Source of the DNA: the human T2T-CHM13v2.0 reference genome, Homo sapiens
Length of the DNA: 64,000 bases
Strand: one strand, 5' to 3'
Assembly: GCF_009914755.1 (NCBI RefSeq)
Contig: NC_060931.1
The position numbers were made by a program, and so were the translations under genes. This document shows positions 1-12,231 of the stretch, piece by piece; the stretch's first letter is position 1, and each line of letters opens with the position of its first letter. The notes beneath the pieces are model-generated. The model was given only the letters and a program-made list of their open reading frames with translations. It had not been told where the DNA came from and searched no databases.

Positions 1-332
1 TGAGATAAATGTGTATCTGATTGCCTCCTTTGGAAAGGCTGATCAGAAACTCAAAAGAAGGCAACCATTTGTCTCTTATCTACCTATGACCTGTAAGCCC
101 CCTCCCCACTTCAAGTTGTCCCGCCTTTCCAGACTGAATCAATGTTCATTTTACATATGCTGATTGATGTCTCATGTCTCCCTAAAATCTATAAAACCAA
201 ACTGTGCTCTGACCACCTTGGGCACATGTCGTCAGGACCTCCTGAGGCTGTGTCACAGATGTGTGTCTGCAATCTTGGCAAAATAAACTTTCTAAATTAA
301 CTGAGACCTGTCTCAGATTTTGGGGATCCACA
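1..332 (+). mobile_element. MER4A-type ERV1 LTR, 3' part (cut by window edge)
   Basis: AATAAA near 282, ends GAGACCTGTCTCAGATTTTGGGGATCCACA; homologous in inverted orientation to the LTR at 31766-32216. Confidence 0.85.
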
Positions 333-785
333 ATGTGCTTTAGTCAATTTTATTATCGTCCGTAAACTCTCCTGAATTTACTCCAGGATGGATCACGTCC
401 ACGTGCACACAGACCTCCCGATCACTCTCTCCAGGCTGGGTCCACAGTTTCTCATCTCCATTAGGACAGTGTCCCTTTGTGTTGGACAAGCTGCCAGTGC
501 TTGAAAAGCCTGACTCCACTCCAGTCCTAACCTTCTGATGGAAAATGCCTGTTGCCTCCTGGCTGTCTTTGAAAGGGGCCGTGTCAAATTTAGAAGCCAA
601 AGACTTTCAATTATTGAGAGGCTCACACCCTCTCACCCCATTTAAGTATTTCGGCAGAGGTAGGCCCCTGGCTTCTTATGCCTGTCAAGTAAAATAAGAA
701 GTATTAGTGCTTCTAAAACTAACTAAACTTAGGCAACATGTAGGCTATAACCTCTGTGGTTGACAGACAAATAACCAGCCAAGGA

Positions 786-1174
786 TGTCGTAGTAGTTTG
801 GTAAGGCCACCGTAACACAGACTGTAACACAGAAAATACCACAGACTGGGCAGCTTAAACAACAGAAATTCTTTTTTTTCACAATTCTGGAGGCTGGAAG
901 TTCGAGTCAAGGTGTGGGCAGGTTGGTTTCCTCTGAGACCTGCCAAGATGCTTGTCTTCTCTGTGTCTTCACAGTCTCTTCTCTATACGTGTCCTTGTTC
1001 AAATTTTCTCTTATATGGATGCTGGTCAGGTTGGATTAGGGCCCGCTCTACTGACCTCATAGCTTAATTGCCTAGTTAAAGGCCCCATCTCACAGTACCA
1101 TCACATTCTGAGGTTCTGGGGGTTAGGACTTTAAACATGAAAAGGGGGGGTGGGTCACAGTTCAGCCTATTACC
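786..1174 (-). mobile_element. MaLR LTR (MLT1A0-like)
   Basis: ATACCACAGACTGGGCAGCTTAAACAACAGAAAT...CACATTCTGAGG...CACAGTTCAGCC, MLT1A antisense pattern. Confidence 0.75.
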
Positions 1175-1177
1175 GTT

Positions 1178-1651
1178 GTTCATGTCCTGATCCCAGAACC
1201 AATGAATTTGTCACCTTCCATGACAAAAGGACTCTGCAGATGCAAGGAAGGGTCTTGAGATGAGCAGATTATCCTGAATTATTCAGGTAGCACAGTGTAA
1301 TCACAGAGTCCCTCCAGGAGTCCCTCCAGGAGAGGCAGGAGGGCCAGAGTCAGAGAAGGAGGGGTGATAACAGAGCAGGGGTCGGAGAGGACAGGAGAGA
1401 GATGCCAACCGACCTGGAGATACTACACTGCTTGCTTTCAGAGGGAGGAATGGGCCATGAGCCAAGGGATACATGTGACCTCCAGAAAGTGGAAAAGGCA
1501 AGGAAATGGATCCTCCTCTGGAGCCTCCAGAAGAAACCAGCCCTGCTGGCACCTGGATTTTAGCTCCATGAGACTTCTGACCTCCAGAACTCTAAGGTAA
1601 TAAGTTTGTGTTGTTTTAAGCCTTATAGCAGCAATAGGAAAAAGTAATACA
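1178..1651 (+). mobile_element. MaLR LTR (MLT1D-like), 5' end missing
   Basis: GATCCTCCTCTGGAGCCTCCAGAAGAAACCAGCCCTGC...GCAGCAATAGGAAAAAGTAATACA terminus. Confidence 0.75.
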
Positions 1652-2222
1652 ATCTCCCATTCTGGAAATATTTTGGAAGCTGTGAAAATTAGGGAATAGT
1701 CAGAATAATGAGAAACTAAAGAAAAGTTGGAGATCAAGGGAACATACCAAAGGAAATGAGGGAGAGAAGGACAGAAAGAGAAATCAAGAAATGCGAAGGG
1801 AGGGACTGATAAGACATTCTGAAAGTGCCTTATTCCCTGTAAAGGATGTATGCTGGCCTGGGGAAGACTATGACGTTAGAGAATTTAAAATGCAAAGCAC
1901 ATACAATATGACGACATTGGTTGTGGACCCTGAGCCTCTAGGAAAGGAGTCTAGCAATCCATTCAACAAATATTTCCACCATGTCATCTGACCGCACTTA
2001 TGTGCCAAAGCCCCCTAGCTAGAGCTGCCATGGAAAGACCACATGAGGCCAGAGTCAGCCAGATCTGGAGATGGCCCAGGGCGTGTGTGCCAAGCAGCCA
2101 CTGACATGGGCAGGACTTAGTTCTAAGACAGTCCAGGTGAATAATTTGGTCATCATCAGGTGGGAGAGACAACAATAGCTACTTTTTAGGGAGTGCTTAC
2201 TATGGCCGAGCACTTCGGAGAC

Positions 2223-2865
2223 TGAGTACACAAATGGACAATGGCCAGAGCATCTATAAGAGTAGAACTCCCACCCACCCCCTGCAGCCACCAGCCCAGG
2301 AGGCCAAGCCATCATCTACAGGAACCAGCCCAGCAGGCCAAGCCAACATCTACAGGAACCAACCTGACATCTACAGGAACCAACCTGACATCTACAGGAA
2401 CCAACTCAGCAAGCCAAGCCATCATCTACAGGAACCAGCCTGGGAGGCCAGCCTGCTCCATGCCAGGCTGGTAAGAATTCAGATTGCTATCTCTAGAAAT
2501 AATATGGGAAATTAAACAATACATTCTCTAACAATCAGACCCAAAGGGCCAGGACTTGAATAATAACTGACAGTTTTCCTACTTTTTGTCCCTGCTTCCA
2601 ATCTAGGACTAACCAGAGAAAGCCCAGTATGTCCCCTAGCCAATCCCATGGGATGCCCACTTCTCACCAGCCGCCTCCGGCTTCCCCAGGCCCACAGCCT
2701 CCAACAGGCCTCTGAAGCCTCCCCTTTTCCATGATGAAGCTTCTCCACTCCTCACCTGCCTGTGAGTCTGTCAGGACACAAGTGATGGCCGCGGACCCCC
2801 TTGCTATAGCAGCTCTGAATAAACAGCCTTTGTCCTTGCTTGGGTGGTCTTCGTTTATTTCCACC
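2223..2865 (+). mobile_element. ERV LTR (MER89-like) with internal tandem array
   Basis: Starts TGAGTACACAAATGGACAATGGCCAG, has AATAAA near 2818, ends TTTATTTCCAC. Confidence 0.6.
2313..2437 (+). repeat. 5 copies of CATCTACAGGAACCA (spacing 34,21,21,34)
   Basis: Copies start at 2313, 2347, 2368, 2389, 2423. Confidence 0.9.
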
Positions 2866-5392
2866 CACTAAGGAAACCACTAAGGAGACACTCACTCAGA
2901 GCCGCCCCTGTGGTGGTAACTTACATGTTGGGTGACTGGTGGAAGCTAGAGGACCACTCTGGCTCCTGAGCTCTGCTCTTCATCATCTGACACTTGGATC
3001 TTGGAGAAGTTTGGTGAAATTGTTCTTCCAAAGCCTACCACCAACCAAGTTTGGAAAAGACTGAGCTAGAGTTTAGAAAACAGAGCTATAATCTGGGAGC
3101 CAGAAAAATCTATTGTTGAATGCCAGAACTGAAGGATTAAACTGGGGAAAACCACAGACTGGTCCCACAGACCCCCACAGGGATATTCCTTTCCAGCAAT
3201 GGATATGCTTCAAAATGTGCCCAGGCTCTCCTGAGAGTTCCTCCGGGGTCTTGTCTCAGGCTGCCCAACACACTCCACACCTCCATGCCAGCACTAGACC
3301 CTCCTGGCCCTCAGGACCCCCAAGACCATAGACCCCCCAGGCTGAGCACACACAACACCACCAGCCTGTCCTTGGGTCTGACAGACTCTGGACCCCACAC
3401 CTGACCACGAGGCCCTGCCTCAGAGTTCTGTGCAGCTACATGGGGGCTGAGACCCTCGTCCATCCCCCAGGGACCAGTTTCCCACCTTGGGCCTTAACTG
3501 CCTCCTTGAGGCACCCCCACACCCTACAAAATATGACATAGGCCTCCCAAACTTCAGAGCCTGGAACAAACACCCCACCCCTGGGAGATGAGGGCTTTGT
3601 CCTCACTCCTGTCTCGGGGTCACTTCCCTGAGCCCTGTTTCTTGTCCCGGCATTAATGGCATCTTGGGATGATGGCCAATGGGAACTCCCTCTCCCACCA
3701 CCATCCCCAAAGACCACCACCCCATAGTCTAACGTGGTGACATCTCCCATGGTTCTCTTATTGAACTTGGAACAAACAGCTTTTAAATCAATTTCACAAC
3801 TACTCCTCCTACACTACAGCACCCTCCAGTGGAGGAGAAGGCCACCGGGAGGCCCTGGGTTTCCATCCAAAGAGCAAAAATATTTAAAGCCTACAAACCT
3901 CCCCTCAAGCTCCACGAAGCCAAGGACACAACTTTAAGGAAACTAAGCTGTAGCAGCTGCCATCCCCACCTCTCCTGGCCTCTCCTTGCAGGCTTGGGTG
4001 GAGCCTGAAGGGGGTGAGGACATGCTGGAGAAAAAGTCACATGGGAAAAAAAAAAAAAAACACAGGCAAGACAAGGACGACTTGCCAGAAAGTCAAAAGC
4101 ATGTTGACAGAAGGCCACCTTGGGGTGGGCCAAAGAGCCACACGATTATGGCCAACAAGCACCTCACGCAAGGAGAGGCCGGGCATGGGACACCAGCTCC
4201 CCCTGTGTAGCCCCATGTTCGTGACCATGCTGATCAGCCTGCAAAGGCAGTGATGGCGCTGGGAAGAGCATGCTGCACGAGAGGAAGGCCACAGCTGAAC
4301 AGAGGCAGCCAGAGCATGCTGGGACCTGGAAATGGGAGGCACATAGTCCAGTTCTCCTGACAGCAGAAGGTTCCTGATGTTCTCTTCTAAGTGTGGGCAC
4401 TGCGGCCAAGCCTGGACCTCAGATGCACGCCGTGGAGAGGCTGAGGAGCAGGCAAACTTGCACTTGTGTCCACGTGCAGCTTCCTCGTGCAGACCCCAGC
4501 ACCAGACACAGTGCTGCCAGGCTGACAACCCAGGGCCACAGCCTCCTGCATAAACAAAACAGGCCAATCAGGGTGCCCCATGCCTCCAGACCCCACAGAA
4601 TAGGATCCAAGCAAAAGCAACCAGAACGTCCATGAATAGGGGAGAGGACATTCGAGGACAAAATTCTCCTTCCTTACCCAATTGCCAACTGCAGGAATTG
4701 TGTGCACCTGGAGTGCTGGAGTTCATCTTTTCCACAGCAGGGAAGGTCCAGCCAGTGCAGAGCAGAGCTGAGAGGGCGGGAGGCTGACTTCTGGCAGGCA
4801 CTGACAGCCTGACCCCACTGCTGCTGAAGAAACTCACTAAACTAGTTCTGAGAGTCAGGAAGGACCCTTTTCTTCCTGACCTGATTGTATTTGGACTTCT
4901 ATCATTAGTCCTAGCTAGAACAGAGGGAAATCTGCCAATCTTACTTCTAAAATTAGGACATATATTGAGCACAGCCCCCCGGCTCCCACACCCTTCCCCA
5001 GAGTTCATGTGAAACAATGAACCTGGGGGCAGCAGACAGAGCATCCTCACGAGGCCTGGCGCTATGCCAGATGGGCTGGGCCACTGGGGCAGGGAGGGGG
5101 AGCTGCCACCTCACATGAGGCACATCAGGTGCCTTGGGCAGCCTCAGGGTGCCAAGATAGCCAGAGAAGCAGAAACTCCAGAAATGCCGTTTCCCTCCAG
5201 AAGGACTGGAGCCTCAGAATCAGGAACATCAGCCCTTTATCCCAAGCTCCTCACTCCAGACAGCAGGACATGCCTGCTTTGAGGTGCCACCCTCAGAAAT
5301 CCAGTCATCCAGAAGTACAACCAAATATTGCTGGACAGAGCCTGTTTGGGACTCTATAAGGGGTTTCTTGGGCCAAGATGGAGCTATAGGAC

Positions 5393-5772
5393 TGCTATGG
5401 GCTGAGCTGTGTCTCCCAAAACTCCACCTGCTGAAGCCCTAACTCTTCACGTGATTGTATTGGAGACCGGGCCTATCACCAGGTGATTAAGGTTAACTGA
5501 GGTCATGAAGGTAAGCCATGACCCAATAGGGCTGGTGTCCTTATAAAAAAGGAGGAGATGTCAGAGCTCTCTCTCTCCCTCTCTACCATGTGAGAACACA
5601 GCAAGAAGGTGCAGTCTGTCTGCCAGGAAGAAAGCCCTCACCAGAACCAAACCCTGCTGGAACCTTGATCTTGGACTACTCCAGCCTCCAGGACTGTGAG
5701 AAAATAAATGTCAGATGTTTAAGCTGCCCAGTCTATCAGGTTTTGTCATGGAAGCCTGAACAGACTGCAGTG
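5393..5772 (+). mobile_element. MaLR solo LTR (MLT1A-like)
   Basis: TGCTATGGGCTGAGCTGTGTCTCC start; 5-bp TSD AGGAC at 5388-5392 and 5773-5777. Confidence 0.8.
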
Positions 5773-6979
5773 AGGACGGCAAGGATCTCTGGGTAAATAT
5801 CTCCCAGGGTGATTCCCTCCTGGTACTCGGATTTTCTGGACCTGAGAGAACACATCAGTAGCCTGAACTCTATATGCTAAAAGAAGAGGGCCTGCTGTGC
5901 CTGCCGCTGACTGCCTGTCAGACACCCCAGCGTCAGACAGGATCGGCATGGAAGGTCAGGTCCCTGCTATGTGACACCTGCAGACCTGTAAGGTGGATTT
6001 TACGGCCAGGAGCCCATCTTCCCTCACTGAAGAAGTCAGGACTGCTGGCACCAACCTTGAAGAAAATCAACAGGCAAGGTCCTGGTTCAGGACCCACTTT
6101 GACAACTGGGCCATGGTTTGGGGACATCAAGTGGGCAGAGTGAAGAGGGCCTTCCAATTCCAAATGCCCAGGGATGTCAGAGACTGGGCTGCAGCCAGGA
6201 ACCTTCCTTGGACAGACAGTCAGCAGGGGAGCCGCCCGGGAGAAGTTCACAGAAAGCAGCCTGACCCCACTCGAGCTCCAGGAAGGTGGGGACCGTGTCT
6301 GGCTTGGTTCACTGTTTTCCTCCCGCACTTGTGCAGGAGGCTACCCCGGCTGATGGTGCCTTCCCTGAGCAGGGGAAATGCTGGGCCCTTGGACAGGTCC
6401 TGGCAGCCTTCCCGCCATTGCCATCACTGCAGTTGGGCTCCAGGCAACAGTGACAGGGATGCTCCATGTGTTCACACACAAAGGACATCTGTCCTGGCCA
6501 CCCAGTGTGATTTCCCGTCCTGTAGCTCTCTTCTGGGTTCTTAGGATGAAGGCCAATTCTCACCTCTTCTCGGCAATTCCTTCTCGGGAAAGCCATCCTG
6601 TCAGGGAGAGAGGGACTGAACACGAAACAGAATTCATCAGAGGCTGCTGGTGCTGGCAGCCTCGCTGGCTGTATAGCCATAAATCCCAAGGCCCACCACC
6701 CTGCCCAGTGACCCTCCATATTTCTAGAATCCATTTGCTCTCCCTTCCCCTGAAGATTTTTTTCACAACCGCTCACTGCTCAAACTCCCCACACCCCTCC
6801 CTTCTCCTCACTCTCCAACCACGGCATCACTTCTTACTTTGCTGAGTGTGCACATGCAATGATCTTCTAGTGCCACCACCTCTGCAGGATGTTCTGCACC
6901 TGGGCCCGGTGAGGCCCTGCCCACTTTGTGGCTGCTGGCGAAAGCCCTCGCTCCTTCCTCAAGCAGTCCCTCCCACTCG

Positions 6980-7540
6980 TGTCAACTCAAGGACTGTGCA
7001 CCTATAATTATCTCCTCTCCCTTGGGCATCATCAGTTCCCCCCATCTGCTGACACCACCCCAATTATTACCATAAACACACAACATGTTCTAGTATCTCC
7101 CACCTTTCTAGACCATGCCCCCCTGAGCTGCTGCACCCTCCGTGGCAGCTCCCTGCAGGACCCTTTGCCGGCCCTCCCCTCTCTCTCATCCACCACCCAC
7201 CCCTGATGTGAATAAGAGCCAAATGTTCAGATCACTAAATGTCTATTCCCAGCCCCAACATCTTCCCTGAAATCCAAACTCAAATATCCCAATGCCTACT
7301 TAGATGTCTAGTAGGTGTCTCAAATTCAGAAAAATCAAAACAACCTCTTACCAAATACCTTAAGCTTGTTCCCTCAGCCAACCCCATTTCAGCAGATTAC
7401 ACCTATATTTTCCCCATTGTCTCAAAGCAAAACCCGAGGAATCTTTATTAACTGCTGTCTTTCCCATACATGCTGAAATTCTTGCTGGAATTCAGCAGCA
7501 AGTCATGCTCACTCTTCCTTCATGAATTCCAGATCCACAA
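6980..7540 (+). mobile_element. L2 LINE fragment (approximate bounds)
   Basis: CAAATATCCCAATGCCTACTTAGATGTCTAGTAGGTGTCTCAAA resembles L2 3' region. Confidence 0.5.
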
Positions 7541-8394
7541 CCCCTTCCCCTAGCCTGCAGCCAAACAGGCCAGGCGTGCAGCCGCCTCTCTGAGCCCGTG
7601 AACACCACAGTTCCCTGAGCAGACAGACGATGAAGGATAAACAGGAGCAAGAACCAGTCCCACCCAGCTGCCTCGCTCAGGATGTAGGGCCACAGAAACT
7701 GTAATAACTTGCCCTAAATCATGAGAGTAACTAGAAGACACAGGACTTGAACCTGGGAAGTCTGGCTCTCAACCACTACACTAAAATGCAGGCAAGGGCA
7801 GGACATGGAGAGGGTTCAGAACATAGAGGATTCCCCAGCTCATCTGCAAAACTTTTATTCTCCAGATGGAAAGAGTCAGGGGTACCCAAATCCCTTTCCC
7901 TTCCCACTGCACAGCCCCATGTCCTGGCAGCCACACACGGTTGCTGGCCATACATGGTTGTGACAAGAAAGGAACACAGGTGTGGCCAGAAAAGGAACAA
8001 GGGATGCAATGGCTGCTCCTGAAAGAACACCAGGCCCCTCTTCTGGACTGCAGGGTTCCCCTAATGTGGGCCGGCCTATGGCAGAAGAAGCCAAAGAGGA
8101 CCCCACCTGGCCAGACACAGAGTGCCAAAACTCTACAGTTACAGATTCCCATGTGATCACCGAAACTGCTTTAAGAACCTTTTAAAATACAGATTTCTGG
8201 GCCTGATGGAATCACAGCATCACAAGTAGCATCTGGGAATCTCTGCTCTTAGAAGTTTCTCATAGGATTCTATTGGTGCAGAGAGCAGATCTGAGGGAAG
8301 TGACTCGGGCCTGGTGGGAGGGCCAGCTTCCAGGATGACCCCCAGGGATTCCCACCAACAGTTAGCCATGCCCCTGAGGAGCTGCCTCCACAGT

Positions 8395-8836
8395 GAGTGC
8401 GCCTGGCCTGTGTACCAGTTGGATCTTGAAAAAATGATCATGTGTGGGTTATGAGGTCAGGTCATAAAAGGACACTGCAGCTTTCCCCTCTGTCTCTCTG
8501 GATTGCAAGCTCTGACACACCATGTTGTGGGGAAACTGAGCAACCCTGTGCAGAAGCCCCCATGGTGAGGCACCAAGGCTGCCTGTCAACAGCGAGTATC
8601 AACGTGTCAGACACATGCGTGCCCCACCAGGGAGGTGGCTCCCTCAGCCCCAGGCAGGCCTTCAGGTGTCTACACTCTTCCCTGACATCTGAATGGCAAC
8701 TCCAAGTCACAGCCACCCAGCTAAGCCCTCCTGAATTCCTGACCCACAAAATGGGATGAAACAATACATGTTTATTGCAGTTTTAACCTTCTGAGTTTTG
8801 CAGTAATTTGTAGTGCAGCGAAAGACAACTGATACA
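8395..8836 (+). mobile_element. MaLR LTR (MLT1F-like), start approximate
   Basis: GCCACCCAGCTAAGCC...GAATTCCTGACCCAC...GACAACTGATACA terminus. Confidence 0.65.
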
Positions 8837-9114
8837 CCTGGAATGACCAGAAGACCCTTCCCAAAGGAAACGGGTACTGGGTATGATAAAAAGAGAGGAG
8901 GGCATTAGGTAAAAGAATAAGCTGGTTCAGGTATGACATACTTCACTGACGCGAAATAGAGAAGAGTAAATAGATCCCTGTGCCCAAATTTCTATTTCCC
9001 CTGTGAGAGTTCCAGTGCCCCTCCAGAGAGGGGGTGCTGGCATCACTGCGCCTGGTGGTGGGGGAGGCTGCCCTTCTACAGCAGGGTGGGCCTGAGCCTC
9101 ACCCACTCTCTCCG

Positions 9115-9290
9115 TCATTCTCTAGCTGGGCTGCACATTCAGATCCCTGGAGAGCTTTGAAAAATATTGATTTCAGGGCCACACTCACGAAGATTATGAT
9201 TTAACTGGTCTGGGTTGTAACCTAGGCATAAGAATTCTGAAAATCTCCCCGAGTGATTCTAATACGCAGCTGCGGCTGAGAACCATGGCT
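9115..9290. mobile_element. MER5A hAT-Charlie MITE
   Basis: GCTGCACATT...GAGCTTTGAAAAATA...GTGATTCTAATACGCAGC...TGAGAACCA. Confidence 0.7.
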
Positions 9291-9589
9291 ACAGACAAAG
9301 AGCTTCACAATCTGACTGTCGCTGAGGCTAAGTGTAAGCCTGGTGAAGGGACACAAAGTTGCAGCCCTTTCTTTCAATGCAGGCAGGCATGCAGGGGTGC
9401 AGGGAGCATTCCCACTCAAGTCAGGATATGGTAGAAAGGGCCTTAGCTAAACAAACAGCCAGTGGCGATTGCTGCTTTAGGTATCTATGACCATGTGGCA
9501 TAAACCATAATAATCATTTGTTATCATTATGACCCACATGCAGCTCTGGGGCCTGGCTAGACCCTGCCATGGGGTTCTTACGTAGACTC

Positions 9590-9900
9590 TGTAAAGGTCT
9601 TTGGTAATTAGGTTTGGATGAGGTCATAAGGGTGAGGCCATCATCATGGGATCAGTGCCCTTATAAAGAGATGCCACAGAGCTTGCTCCCTCTCTCTCTC
9701 TCTCAGCCATGTGAGAAAAAAGTGAGAAACCACTGTCTGCAAGCCAGGCAGGGCCCACGCCAGAACCTGACCATGCTGGTGTGACTTTCACCCTCCAGAA
9801 CTTTCTGACTTTCACCCTCCAAAACTGCGAGAAATTTCTATTGTTGAAGCCACTCCATCCTTGGTACTTTTTTCTGGCAGCCCCAGCTAACCAAGTCACA
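9590..9900 (+). mobile_element. MaLR LTR (MLT1A/MSTD-like), partial
   Basis: GATGAGGTCATAAGGGTG...CCCTTATAAAGAGA; internal 24-bp-period duplication of TGACTTTCACCCTCCA. Confidence 0.65.
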
Positions 9901-11227
9901 GGGGAGGAGACATAGACCCCCCCAACACTTGATAGAAGGAGTGTCAAAGAATTCTCAGACATGTTTAAAAACCACCTGAACTAAAAAGGACATATAAACT
10001 CCACCTCTTGGATACAGAAAGACTCATGCCAGTGAGCCTGAAGCTGTGAAGTTTTCCAGGTATTTAATAGATGGTCAGTGGTAAAATTATTTTGTAATCC
10101 ATTGAGTTTCTAAAATTATAGCTCCTAGAACTTTTCACACAGAAAGGAGAGATGGAGGTCAACTTGGCAGTCTCACCAGCAAAGCAACAGAGTAGATTCT
10201 CACTTATTTTTAAAATCCCATAACATAGCACTATGCCTGGCACATGGGAGGTGCTGCGTAAACATGTTATACCCTGACTCACTCAGCTCCCAATGCCTGT
10301 TTCCGTGGCAGCCTCAGAAACCCACGGAGAAGACTCTGGACTCCAAGACATCTATCCTATGTCTGGTATTGCTCTGCCTGCAGGAAACAGATGACACTGT
10401 GTGGGCAAGGTGTTCACCTGGTGACAGAGATGGGAGCTGGGGGCAGAGGCTGAGACTGTCTGGAAGCAGGTATTGGAGTTGACTTCCACTCTGAGGGGAC
10501 AGTGTGGGTGTCTGTGAGGGGGTTGGCTGTGGCTGAGACACTGGGATTCATTTCAGATGTGGACGACAGGGCTCAGTGGGAATGGAACGCAGCCTAACCT
10601 CCAGGGCTGCTCCAGTCCCTCTGTGGCCGGGTCCTGGCCACGTGGTGGGTGTCAGCTACTCACTGAAATACTGATGGGGCACTGCTCCCAGGGTCCCCTC
10701 TAGCCAGCCAGAGTCTATAATGCAGGTAGAATGTCCACCAGCCCTTCAGGAGAGATGGGAAGGCAGCATTTGGAGGAGCCCCAGGGAGGGGGTGCCCTGG
10801 GACCTCAGGGGTGGTTGAGGAGCTGAAAGGAGGCCACGTTCCCCAGGGCAGCAGTGCACTGAGGAATGGACGAAAGGGCCATCAAGGTGCCCCGGTGCCA
10901 GAGAGGTGTTGGCCTGAGGGATTTGCTAACCGGGTGAGGAGTGGAAGGGCTACAGGGATGCTACCCAAGATGGAAGGGGAGGAAGTCCCCAGGACCAGGC
11001 TGTCTCCATGCAGACCCTCAAAAGCAAAGAACCAGCCCAAGTGATGACTGCTAACGTTTGTTAAGTGGTTACCATGCACCTGGCAGAAAGTGAGGGCCTT
11101 CCACCATCTAGCCGTTGTGGCCCAGCGATGGGAGGTGACTTCCCAGTCATTCATGAAATAATGCGTGGCTTCATCGCCAGCACCTCCGAGGTGGTGCTAT
11201 CCCCATTCTGCTTCTCAGGAAACTAGG

Positions 11228-11658
11228 TGTATTTGTTTCCACCGCTGCTCTAACAAACTACCATAAACCCATGGCTTAAAACAGCAGACATGTATTCTGT
11301 CAGGGTTCTGGAGACCAAGAGCTCCAAATCAAGGCATCAGCAGGGCCATGCCCCCTCTCAAGGTTCCCAGGAAGAATCCTCCCTTGCCTCTTCTGAGATT
11401 CCGGTGGCTCCCAGCAATCCCTCGGCTCCTCGGCTTGTGGACGCATCGCTCCAGCCCCTCCTGCACACGGGCTTCCCCTCTGTGTGTCTCTGCGTCTCTT
11501 TCTGTCATCTTATAAATCACATTTGAAGACCCACCCAAATCCAGGATGAACTCAACTAATTATATCTGCAAAGACCTTATTTCCAAATACAGAAATTTGT
11601 CACATTCTGAGGTCCTGGGTGGAGATGGATTTTGAGAGTCACTATTCACCCTATTACA
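11228..11658 (-). mobile_element. MaLR LTR (MLT1B/C-like) inserted in a MIR
   Basis: TGTATTTGTTTCC...GGCTTAAAACAGCAGA...CACTATTCACCCTATTACA; MIR-like sequence on both sides. Confidence 0.7.
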
Positions 11659-11858
11659 CTGAGTCTTTGAGAGGTTTAAGAAATTACCTAAGTTTCCACA
11701 ACAAATAAAAAGGTGGCTGAAATGGGGTTTGAATCCCCGGAGTAAAGCTGCCCCTGTAGCCCACAGTGGTGTCAGCAGCCCGAGGGCTGAACAGCTCTAA
11801 CCTCTTCCCCCGCCGCCCAAGAAACTGCACTACCACCGCCATTTTGAGTCAGAGAGAC

Positions 11859-12231
11859 AGAACCCAGTAGAGAACACAGGGCGGGTCTCAGAGAAGAACA
11901 CTGCCTGGGATACAGGGCAGGTCTCAGAGCAGGGCCCAGGCTGGAACACAGAGCAGGTCTCCAAGAAGAACCCAGGCTGGAATACAGGGCAGGTCTCAGA
12001 GCAGGACCCAGGCTGGAACGCAGGGCAGGTCTCAGAGAAGAACCCAGGCTGGATCTCGGATCTGGGCCCAGGCTGGAACACAGGGTGGGTCTCAGAGCAG
12101 GGCCCAGGCTAGAATACGGGGCAGATCTTGGAGCAGGGCTCAGGCTGGAACATGGGGCAGATCTCAGAGAAGAACCCAGGCTGCGTCTCAGAGCAGGGCC
12201 CAGGCTGGAATGCAGGGCAGGTCTCAGAGCA
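11859..12231. repeat. GC-rich minisatellite, about 11 units of 36 bp (two 24-bp units)
   Basis: Unit approx. (CAGGG/AAGAA)CCCAGGCTGGAACACAGGGCAGGTCTCAGAG. Confidence 0.9.

Noticed and set aside
2313-2437. CRISPR-like repeat-spacer appearance (also 11859-12231, 41564-41922)
   Set aside because: Primate DNA, spacers are not unique and there are no cas genes; ordinary tandem repeats
4037-6845. Long ORFs of 130-183 aa on both strands
   Set aside because: Overlapping ORFs in GC-rich DNA, several with non-ATG starts, and no recognisable domain
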